Assembly: GCA_040217195.1 (NCBI GenBank)
Contig: JAVJNR010000009.1
Location: 160,001-224,000, forward strand
Length of the DNA stretch: 64,000 nt
Direction of reading: 5' to 3'
Origin: Leptospiraceae bacterium
GTDB lineage: Bacteria; Spirochaetota; Leptospiria; Leptospirales; Leptonemataceae
Each line of letters starts with the position of its first letter. The stretch's first letter is position 1. The notes under the pieces were generated by a model. That model made no database searches. It saw only the letters and a list, made by a program, of their open reading frames with translations, and had not been told where the DNA came from. Of the stretch, positions 43,202-52,109 are shown in pieces. The position numbers were made by a program, and so were the translations under genes.

Positions 43202-43421
43202 TGTCGGACATCCGACTATTTGGACTCCTGGTCTCGTTCCGTTTTCTGTCTCGGGCGCCGGTCGCCCAGGCCCGAGTTCCAGTAGTTGGGAGTCGCTATT
43301 TGTCGGACGTCCGACCTGTCCTGGCTGGCGGTGCCGATTCGTCTGCCCGGAGGCATGGCGCAGGCCGGGTCCGATCATGAATTAGGGCTCCTGAGGTTTT
43401 GAGGGTGTCGGATGTCCGACA
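43202..43421. repeat. Three 16-bp palindromes, parS-like centromere
   Basis: tGTCGGACATCCGACt 43202, tGTCGGACGTCCGACc 43301, tGTCGGATGTCCGACa 43406. Confidence 0.75.
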
Positions 43422-43479
43422 GTTGCCGGTAGCGCTCATCGTTGAATTTCAGGGAGTCACAAGTCGATACTAACAGAGT

Positions 43480-44748
43480 ATGGCTGAGCAGGAATTGCTA
43501 AATAGGCTTCTAGGCGGATCGTATCGCTCGGGCTTTCTTTCGGCCCTGGGGGATCAGTACAGTTATGTGCTCTTTGGCAGGCGCTCGGGGGCTTTTGCCC
43601 CGGTTCAGGGGCTCCCTGGTGCCGAGGCTGGAAAGCGCTATGGCTTTCTCCAGTCTGATCCGGCTCGGTGGGATCAGGCCCGCCGTCAGGGGTATCAGAC
43701 GATTCCCGGAAGCCTTGTGGGTCTTCCTGGTCGGGATGTTTTCGTGGGCGTTCAGGGCGGTGCCAGCGTGGAGCATCTTCTGGTGGTGGATGCCCCGGAA
43801 GGGACTCTGCCTTCGCCTGAGTTTTTGCAGCTGCTGTTTCTGGCGGAGCTGGGAGCTCAAGAAGGAGGAGCGGACCCGGTGGATCTGCCTGTCTGGCTTG
43901 AGGATTCCCTGTCATATTTAATGCGAGTTCCATCTCCGATTCTCATTCTGTCCGAGCCTGGCTCTGCCGCCGAGCTCCTGGTGCAGGCGCTTGTGGATGG
44001 CCGCTTTGGCATGGACGATACTGTGTTTTTCCATCCCGGCCGTCTGTCCGAAGAGGTGCAGCTCAGAGAATTTTTCGGGGACCAGGCAAGCGCCCGCCTG
44101 GGGGATGCCTCGGTGGTGCCTGTGCTGGAGCGCGGTGCCCGGGCCATCATTATCGATGAGGTGTCTGATCTTTCCCAGTCCATGCAATTGAGAATACTGG
44201 CCCTGCTCTCGGATCCGGATAGCCCTGTGTCCTGGATCTTTACCAGCTCCAGGGATCTGGGGGCCATGGCTGAGGCCGGTCGTTTCCAGCCAGCTCTGCT
44301 GCGCGCGATTCGGGAAGGTGAGCTGTTGCTTGCTCCGGTGCGAAACCAGCGAGACAGAATTCCAGAGGAAGCGGAGAGGTTGCTTCGGATGTTTCGGCGG
44401 CAGTTTGGTCGCAATATCACTGTGACCGGGGAGGCCCTGGAGGCTCTGCGAGGGTACGATTGGCCAGGAAACTGGCAGGAGTTTCGGGACACTTTGAAAT
44501 CTGCATTTCTTTTATGTCCTGGGTCCGAGCTCAGACGGGTGGATCTGCAATTCGGCAACTGGAACCAGGGGCAGGCCGATGATCTGAATCTTCGCCACCG
44601 TACCGCGGAGCTGGAGAAATCTCTGTTATTGCAGGCCTATGCATTACATGGTGGCAATCAGGTGCAGATGGCCCGGGCGCTGGGGATCTCCCGGGGGTCT
44701 CTTCAATACAGAATGAATAAGCTTGGCCTTGGTGGAAGAGAAGAGTGA
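43480..44748 (+). CDS. Degenerate sigma54-activator-like AAA+ protein with Fis-type HTH
   Basis: IIDEV, QLRIL, YDWPGN, GNQVQMARALGISRGSLQYRM; Walker A and GAFTGA degenerate. Confidence 0.8.
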   Translation: MAEQELLNRLLGGSYRSGFLSALGDQYSYVLFGRRSGAFAPVQGLPGAEAGKRYGFLQSDPARWDQARRQGYQTIPGSLVGLPGRDVFVGVQGGASVEHLLVVDAPEGTLPSPEFLQLLFLAELGAQEGGADPVDLPVWLEDSLSYLMRVPSPILILSEPGSAAELLVQALVDGRFGMDDTVFFHPGRLSEEVQLREFFGDQASARLGDASVVPVLERGARAIIIDEVSDLSQSMQLRILALLSDPDSPVSWIFTSSRDLGAMAEAGRFQPALLRAIREGELLLAPVRNQRDRIPEEAERLLRMFRRQFGRNITVTGEALEALRGYDWPGNWQEFRDTLKSAFLLCPGSELRRVDLQFGNWNQGQADDLNLRHRTAELEKSLLLQAYALHGGNQVQMARALGISRGSLQYRMNKLGLGGREE

Positions 44749-45722
44749 CAGAGCATAAGGAAATGGTGACCCCCGCCGGATTTTCAATCCGCATTTTTAC
44801 GGACCGGGGGGTTTGCAATGTCTCCCGAGATGGTCGCCTTGAATTTCCGCAGGGTGGGGCGGCATCCTCCGATCAGCAGATCCCCGGGGTGATATTCATT
44901 GGTAAGTCCTTCGAGCCTTCCCTGAATCCGGATCAGTACCTCCTGGTTCCCAATCGGTCCAGAAGGCTTATCATTCCCTATCGCCTGGGGGATAGCATGG
45001 GGCGGCATATTCTATTGCCCTGTGGTTCCGCAGCAGACCAGTTTCCAATTGTGGTGGCATACTTCGCCTCGGCCCGTCAGCTAATTGATGCTGGAACACT
45101 CTATCGCGGAGCCCCCTGGCGTTATGTGGTCCTGGAGCCTCAAGTGGCGAGAATCGATTTGATGAGCCTGAAGGTTCATCGGCCGGACCTCAAAACATTT
45201 CTTTTAAAAGACCAGTCAGGTGAGGCGGCCGAGCCGTCCCCTGCTGCAGAGGAGAAGGTTCGGGCCACGGATATTGTAAATCAGGGTGGGGCAGGGGAGC
45301 ATGCTTCGAACCCGGTTTTCCAGGCCAGGCTCCATCTGCGAAACCTCGCCCTGGATCGAATGGCCGAGCTTCCCGTTCGTTTTAATCTTAAATCCGAGGA
45401 AGTGGAGTTTATACGAACCTTTCTGGGCATCATGATTCAAAATGAACGCGAAAATCCGGAGCTGGACCGAGTCAAAGAAAGACTTCAGCGTCTGGATGAG
45501 TTCTATCGCCTGCTATCTGTGGCTCTCCAGGATTCCGACGAATTCGACCGCGCTCTGGAAAAGGGCCTGGATAAGCCCCTGGCCACCGAACTTTTGCCGG
45601 TGGTGCGCAATATGCGATCTTTGAGCTCGGACAGGGAAAGGCAAATCCGGTACTGGGAATGGGAATACCGGCTGAATGAGCTGGCGGGTGGCCCGGAATC
45701 GGAGAAAAACCCGCCCAGCTGA
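44745..45722 (+). CDS. Hypothetical protein
   Basis: 325-aa ORF, GTGA overlap with upstream gene. Confidence 0.7.
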   Translation: MTEHKEMVTPAGFSIRIFTDRGVCNVSRDGRLEFPQGGAASSDQQIPGVIFIGKSFEPSLNPDQYLLVPNRSRRLIIPYRLGDSMGRHILLPCGSAADQFPIVVAYFASARQLIDAGTLYRGAPWRYVVLEPQVARIDLMSLKVHRPDLKTFLLKDQSGEAAEPSPAAEEKVRATDIVNQGGAGEHASNPVFQARLHLRNLALDRMAELPVRFNLKSEEVEFIRTFLGIMIQNERENPELDRVKERLQRLDEFYRLLSVALQDSDEFDRALEKGLDKPLATELLPVVRNMRSLSSDRERQIRYWEWEYRLNELAGGPESEKNPPS

Positions 45723-46392
45723 AGCAAAAAAATGATTGCTAAACCGGCGGAATGACTATGGAGTAAGCATAAGATGTTCTGGGCAACTGTCATTTTGTCA
45801 GCCGGAATGCTTTCAGGGGGGTCTCCTGAAAGCCCGCCCGAGCTGCGCCCGAACAATGTCGAAGTTCAGGCCTCGAATTCCGGCCTGATGGACCATACCA
45901 GAGTCGTGGCCAGGGATCGGGGGCAACTCCTGGCCCGAAACTCGGAAAAAGGGAAGGCTATTAACCAATCACAGAATCCCTCACAGGTGGTCAGGACAGA
46001 CCGGGGGAGTCCGGTTTTGCCATCCGGGCAAATATCTAAACCAGGGGATGCTCCGAAAGAGGGGTTTTCCCCGGGCTTCCTGCAAGACCTGGAAGACGGG
46101 CAAGTTCAAATCCTTTACCCGGATTCCAATGGGCTTTCAGCTCTGCAGACTGCCGGGAAGTCCGAGCGGGGAAGGGTTTTACTGGCAGAAAAGGGCCTCC
46201 TGAAGGCCCGCAAGTTGCGAAAAAACTCCAGTGTGCCGATGAAGAATGCTACAGTGGCCCGGCCAATGGAGCCCCTGTTGGCCGCCCAGTTGACGGAGCA
46301 CCGGTCCCAGTATTCGACTAGAAACACGGTTGCCCGGCTACCTGTCCCTGTAACTCTGGCCTTTAAACCCCAGATAGAGAGGCTTTGCCGTT

Positions 46393-46788
46393 ATGTCGAG
46401 GAGCAATCCCGGCGTGGCTCGACTTCTGTCGGCCATGAAAAAACTGAACCGAGAAGTGAACGATCAGGAGATCTGCCGTCGGCTAGAAATACTGATCAAC
46501 TCGGAGAAAGAGGATCTTCCCCCATCCTTTGTAAAGAGTCTGCTGGAGAGTCCTGCGGATTTCGATCCTTCTGCGGTGTCCGAACCCTATACCCAGTACG
46601 TGAAGCATTATCTTTACATGGTAAAAAGAGAGGACCGGGCCAGAGAGAAGCAGAGGCAGGAGACCGAAAGCAGGAAGCAGGCTGGCACCGGAGCCAGGAA
46701 AAAAGCCTCACGAAAGGGCGGCGCCACGCGAAAGAAATCGGCAGTGGCCAAGAAGAAAGCTTCAAAGAAGAGTTCTACAAGCCAATAA
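46393..46788 (+). CDS. Small hypothetical protein with Lys-rich histone-like tail
   Basis: Globular helical N-terminus, then RKKASRKGGATRKKSAVAKKKASKK. Confidence 0.65.
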   Translation: MSRSNPGVARLLSAMKKLNREVNDQEICRRLEILINSEKEDLPPSFVKSLLESPADFDPSAVSEPYTQYVKHYLYMVKREDRAREKQRQETESRKQAGTGARKKASRKGGATRKKSAVAKKKASKKSSTSQ

Positions 46789-49045
46789 ATCTTTCCCTGT
46801 GGCAGCCGGGGAATGCGAGCGGGAATCGTTCCATGTACGAATTCATTGGTCGCCCCTTCGCTCCCTCAGTCGTTGGCCCCCGAAAAGCAATTCTGCTATT
46901 CTGAATCTAAATCTGAAATAAAGACCTGGAGAGCGTCGCCTCCCCGGAGCCTGGCCGAGGCCCTCCGGTTGCAGTAGACCGTGCCTGCAATTCGGCCCGG
47001 TTCCAATGTATCCAATTCCCTGGAGCCTGGAGCTGCCATCCACCAATCTCTAATACCTCAGTTACTCCTCTGTTCCAACCGGCCGGTGTAGCTGGTTGCA
47101 GGGGGGGGAGCCGCTGGCCAGATGGATCCTTCGGCCCCCCCAGGCTACAGCCGTGGCCCGGACAAATTCTTCTCTGTAGAAGCATCCACAGTCTGAGCAC
47201 CGGCGAATGGGTCGCCCATTTTTGGGCATAGCTTATGAATCTGCCTGGTTCTGGGCCTTTGATCGCGATTGCTTCGTAATCGGCATGTGTCCAGCAGCCA
47301 CCGAATACTAATCAATGAGAAATGAATCATCCATTTAAGCACACAGTTTTGGCGATGGGCTGCTGCTCTCTCCAGGCTCCTGGCCGGGCCTTGCCGTTGT
47401 TTCTACCAGTCTTCCTGTATCCGCATATTACTCCATAGGATTTCTATTATGCAGATCCATATTCAGACTCTTGCTATGGTCAGGCACATTGGCTCCTCCC
47501 GCAAGCTCAACGAATGCGAACAAGGACCCTGGTTTTAGAGTGCCCATCTATAATAGGCCGATGCAGTCCTGGAAGAACTGAGCTACCTACATAGCCTCCA
47601 TGGCATCCCCGAAGCCCAGATACTACACAAGTTCCTTTTACTCCAAGCCAGTCTCAAGGAGGGCGGGCCACTATTACAGCCGGATTCCGCCTACAAATCA
47701 GGATGATTTGCTATTCAGGAGCCCGGGTGCACGGCAAAAGAGATTCTCCCGGAATCATAAAAGGCGGCCTTCAAATCATCCTCGCCCATCTACAGGGGGC
47801 GCCATTTCTGGCATCGCTGCCGACCAGGTGGCAGAAGCCGGGCATTTACGATAATATATGCCCATTTATAAACACTTATTCGGACACGGGTCAAAGCAGA
47901 ACACTTCTCAATCCAGGCCCCCGAATCAGCACAGATAGCGTCCGTCTGGGCAGGATTCGAGCAGATAGGACCCTCTGTCACAACTGTTCGACAAAGAGCG
48001 ACCTGTAAATGTTCCCTGGGTGTCAGCATTGAGGGTCTGGCCTAAGTGTTCCCGGATCGTTGCTTGGCAAGTGGTCGGGACAGACTTAGCCTGGCCTGAA
48101 CCGCAAATGAGGCCCATTCGGGCACTAAAAACAGGGACTGAACCGAGATCTGGCCATAAGTGTTCCCAATTAGGCACCTGGGGGCAAAAAAGATCCGTTT
48201 GAGCAGAGGTTAGCATAGGCCAGACCAGCCTTAAGTGGGAATCCGGGGGATTGGGGCGGGTTATGCTGCAATCCGAAGGGGGCTGTCGGGCATCAGTTCA
48301 TGCAAGGAGACAAAAGGGCAGGAGAGAAGGAAGGAAGAACTATGTATACTGCCAATATGGCATGTGCATGTCGGACAGCCTGCGGATGACAGGATGGCGG
48401 GCTGTGTTCTGTGGGGGGCCGGGTGTTATCGGTGGTATAATCGGCGGTTCGTCCATGCCAGAAGGTCGGGCCGCTGCCGGAGCAGGTCGTAGATCTGGCT
48501 GAAGTTGAATGTTTTTTAATTGGGGGGGTGCCGAAAAATAGGCAATGATGACAGTCCTTGGCGAGAGGAACGGGCGGAAGGAGCACCTGTAATGGTCTCT
48601 GCATTCGATGAGCTTTCTGGAGGCCTGCTTGGGTCCGTGTTTCAGAGGCTTTTTGGCTGATGTGTGCTTAAGGTTAGAGGGCCAGGCAAGGGCACTTTTC
48701 CGGAAGGGTTCGTGGCAACCGTGGTATAAGACGGGTCGACCCTGGAAATGGGGGGCTCCTGGTAGGGTCGCCGAGACTGGAGGTGGTGAAAAATGGGCAG
48801 TAATAGCTGCGGCCAGACTGGTTTGGCTGAATAGAGTGGTGAGGAATAAGTAAAAGAGTGTGGGTGGAAGCTGGCCGGCATATGACTGCCGAGAGATAAG
48901 CACATTAGCTCGATCGGAGGCTTAGCCGGATAGGGCTGCGTAAAAATCAGCAGTAGCGCCACACGGAATGAATAATTGCACCGGTCCGGTGGAGAAAGGT
49001 CCGGTTTTGGCTTGTTTTTCTTCTTTGTCGGGTTGAAATTGGGTT

Positions 49046-49261
49046 ATGGCGGAGTCCATTCGGGTTAAAGTGAAATGTCATGCATGCGGGAATGAAATCC
49101 GCGGAACGGCCAAATATGGGTCCGGTCACTACGTAGCAGAAGGGGTTCCATTTGATTTTATTGCCACGGGCAAGATTGAATCGGATAAGGGCCGCCGGGT
49201 AAAGGGAGAGGTGATTTGCATCTGTCCCAGCTGTACCGTGAAGAACAAATTTCAGATTTAA
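49046..49261 (+). CDS. Small zinc-ribbon protein
   Basis: CHACG and CICPSC motifs in 71 aa. Confidence 0.65.
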   Translation: MAESIRVKVKCHACGNEIRGTAKYGSGHYVAEGVPFDFIATGKIESDKGRRVKGEVICICPSCTVKNKFQI

Positions 49262-49329
49262 ACTCATCCACAGAAAGCAATCTTGATTTAGGTTGCCGCC
49301 ACGCTCCACCGCACATTTTATGAAGCCAT

Positions 49330-51129
49330 ATGGGCAAACAGATGACCGATTTTCCCGTCTCAACCCGCAGGCACAGCGCTGCACATGTTCTGGCACAGGC
49401 CATTACGGAGAAATACCCGGGTGCCAGGCTGGCTATCGGGCCGGATACAGAGCATGGTTTCTTCTACGACGTAATGACAGATCCGCCGGTGCTCCAGGAG
49501 GATTTGAAGGACCTGGAACAGCGCATGAAGCGTATAGCCAGGCAGGGCCAGGTCTTTGAAAGGTATGAGCTGCCGATCGATGAGGGCATTGCTTATCTCA
49601 AGCAAAACAATCAGTCCTTTAAAATAGAAATGGCCCGGGCTCTCAAGGAAAAGGGAGAAGTGGACCTGTCATTTTATAAGAATGTGCTTAAAAATGGGCA
49701 AACTGAATTCATAGATATGTGTAACGGGCCTCACGTTAATAAGACATCAGAACTGGGTGCTTTTAAGCTGATTTCTGTGAGCGGCGCCTACTGGAAGGGG
49801 GACTCTTCTGGCCCCCAGCTTCAGAGGGTTAGCGGGCTATTATTCGAAACCCAGGAGGAGCTGCAGCAATACGAATGGATGATGGAGGAGGCTCGAAAAC
49901 GGGATCACCGGAAACTGGGGCAGGAACTGGAGCTGTTTACCACCAGCGAGAAGATCGGGCCAGGATTGATCCTCTGGCTCCCCAGAGGAAATGTGATTAA
50001 AGATCAGCTAGAAGAGTGGGCAAAAAAAACCGAGAAAGCGGAGGGTTATGCCAGAGTCACCACCCCTGTGATCACAAAAGAGGAGTTGTTCTACACATCC
50101 GAGCACCTGCCGCACTACGCGGACCATATGTTCCCGCCAATGGAGATGGACAATACACGGTATTATATCAAGCCCATGAACTGCCCATTCCATCACACCA
50201 TATTCAGCGACCGTCCCAGGAGCTATCGAGAATTACCCTTGAAGCTTACCGAGTACGGAGTCTGTCATCGATATGAAGACTCCGGCTCACTCTTCGGCAC
50301 TATGCGCGTTCGAGCAATGTGGATGAATGATGCTCACATCTATTGTGCGGAAGAACAAGCAGTTGAGGAGTTTAAGAAAGTGATTAAACTTCATGAGTAT
50401 TATTACAGAATATTGGGCATCAATGAATACCATATGGTATTGTCTCTTAGGAATCCGGAGAACGATAAATACCATGGTGATGAGGAAATGTGGCGCCGGG
50501 CAGAGGCGCTGACCCGCCAGGCAATGGAAGAGTCCGGGGTGGACTTTGTGGTTGAGGAAGATGGAGCGGCCTTTTACGGCCCCAAGATGGATTTTCAGAT
50601 CAAGTCCTCCATAGGAAGGGAGTTCACCGCCAGTACCTGTCAGCTGGATCTGTTCATGCCCGAAAAATTTGATCTGAGCTATGTGGCTGCAGATGGCACC
50701 TATAAAAGGCCCGTATGTATTCATCGAAGCCCGCTGGGTACTCATGAAAGGTTTATCGGATTCCTGATCGAGCACTTTGCTGGAGCCTTTCCTTTGTGGA
50801 TGGCCCCGGAGCAGGTGCGGATTCTGCCGGTGAGTGACGGATTTCTGGATTACGGCCGATCCCTGGAGGCATTCTTTCTTGAGAATGATATCCGGGTAAC
50901 CCTGGATATAGGGGAAAGCCTTGGAAAGCGTATTCGTAATGCCGAAAAAATGAAGATCCCCTATATGCTGGTTGTGGGTGAAAAGGAGCAGAGCTCTGGT
51001 CATATCAACGCCAGGAATTATTTCAGCGGGGACCAGAAGGACTATGACAGGCAGGAATTTCTGAGTATGCTTCAGTTAGAAATCAAGGAAAAGAAGATCC
51101 TGGAGCGAGCTGAAAAGAAGCAAAGCTGA
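49330..51129 (+). CDS. thrS: Threonine--tRNA ligase (no N-terminal TGS domain)
   Basis: RHSAAH, DMCNGPH, RDHRKLG, KPMNCP, AFYGPK, HERFIG. Confidence 0.97.
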   Translation: MGKQMTDFPVSTRRHSAAHVLAQAITEKYPGARLAIGPDTEHGFFYDVMTDPPVLQEDLKDLEQRMKRIARQGQVFERYELPIDEGIAYLKQNNQSFKIEMARALKEKGEVDLSFYKNVLKNGQTEFIDMCNGPHVNKTSELGAFKLISVSGAYWKGDSSGPQLQRVSGLLFETQEELQQYEWMMEEARKRDHRKLGQELELFTTSEKIGPGLILWLPRGNVIKDQLEEWAKKTEKAEGYARVTTPVITKEELFYTSEHLPHYADHMFPPMEMDNTRYYIKPMNCPFHHTIFSDRPRSYRELPLKLTEYGVCHRYEDSGSLFGTMRVRAMWMNDAHIYCAEEQAVEEFKKVIKLHEYYYRILGINEYHMVLSLRNPENDKYHGDEEMWRRAEALTRQAMEESGVDFVVEEDGAAFYGPKMDFQIKSSIGREFTASTCQLDLFMPEKFDLSYVAADGTYKRPVCIHRSPLGTHERFIGFLIEHFAGAFPLWMAPEQVRILPVSDGFLDYGRSLEAFFLENDIRVTLDIGESLGKRIRNAEKMKIPYMLVVGEKEQSSGHINARNYFSGDQKDYDRQEFLSMLQLEIKEKKILERAEKKQS

Positions 51130-51530
51130 GGCTTCGGGGGCCTTAAAAGAAGACCTTCTTCTATAGAAAGGTGCTCAGTAGGGGTGCCTGGGATTCCAAT
51201 GGGCGTTTCTCTTCTACAGTATTTTGTCGAACCGATGTACAGAATGGTCCCGGGGTGGGTTTCTTCTATAATACTAACCGGAAACAAAGGTCTGCCAGAA
51301 GGTTCTGTCCAAAAATTCAATCAAAGTAAGCTGGAGCTGCGGCCCAGATCTGAGAGAATCCATGGGCGGACCGGATTTTCAGTTTTGCCATCAAAGTTCT
51401 GCCGATTCTACGGATTTGTATTCCATCCATACTACCTGTTCCCGTTCTGACGGTATTCGTTTTGAGACTGCGTCGCAGTTTTGTTCCGTATCCTTCGCCG
51501 AAATTAATTTTTGATGGAAATCACAGCCGC

Positions 51531-51547
51531 CTTAGATTAGTTCTAAA
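51531..51547. promoter_or_regulatory. Fur-family (PerR/Irr-like) operator upstream of rubrerythrin
   Basis: cTTAGAttagTTCTAAA, AT-rich near-palindrome 58 bp before the ATG. Confidence 0.55.
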
Positions 51548-51604
51548 TCCAGAATGATTCAATCCGACGGGATGGTCCCGTTCTCAGGATGATAGGAGAT
51601 TTAT

Positions 51605-52024
51605 ATGGCAGAACTTAAGGGGAGCAAGACCCATCAGAACTTGAAAGATGCATTTGCCGGGGAGTCCATGGCAAACCGTCGCTATCTGTTTTTCGCAAAG
51701 CAGGCTGACGTAGAAGGATTTCCTGATATTGCCGGGCTGTTCCGTGACACAGCGGAAGGTGAAACCGGGCATGCTCACGGTCACCTGGAGTATATGAAAA
51801 AGATCGGTGATCCTGCCACAGATCTTCCCATTGGCGATACTGAACTGAACCTGAAAGCAGCTGTTGCTGGCGAAACCCATGAATACACAGATATGTATCC
51901 TGGAATGGCCAAAACGGCTCGAGATGAAGGTTTCGATGAGATCGCTGACTGGTTCGAAACTCTGGCCAAAGCCGAGAAGTCTCACGCTGGTCGATTTGAG
52001 CAAGGGCTCAAGTCTATCAGTTAA
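51605..52024 (+). CDS. Rubrerythrin (short form, no rubredoxin domain)
   Basis: [37 protein letters not shown]. Confidence 0.95.
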   Translation: MAELKGSKTHQNLKDAFAGESMANRRYLFFAKQADVEGFPDIAGLFRDTAEGETGHAHGHLEYMKKIGDPATDLPIGDTELNLKAAVAGETHEYTDMYPGMAKTARDEGFDEIADWFETLAKAEKSHAGRFEQGLKSIS

Positions 52025-52109
52025 GTTATGGTAGGGCCGGCTGCAAGGCCGGCTCACCCATTTTTCAGATTTCTAAATTATCAGGTAATGAACCGGTGGG
52101 AGAGACTCT

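Noticed and set aside
43202..43421. Regularly spaced palindromes as a CRISPR array
   Set aside because: Repeats only 16 bp, spacers ~85 bp, no cas genes; parS fits better
47220..47260. Minus-strand cagaaccaggc resembling the RNase P 3' signature
   Set aside because: No matching GAGGAAAGUCC 5' element at a suitable distance
47600..48962. Short ORFs of 80-187 aa in the skewed region
   Set aside because: Overlapping, compositionally biased, no recognisable motifs; treated as non-coding pending homology search
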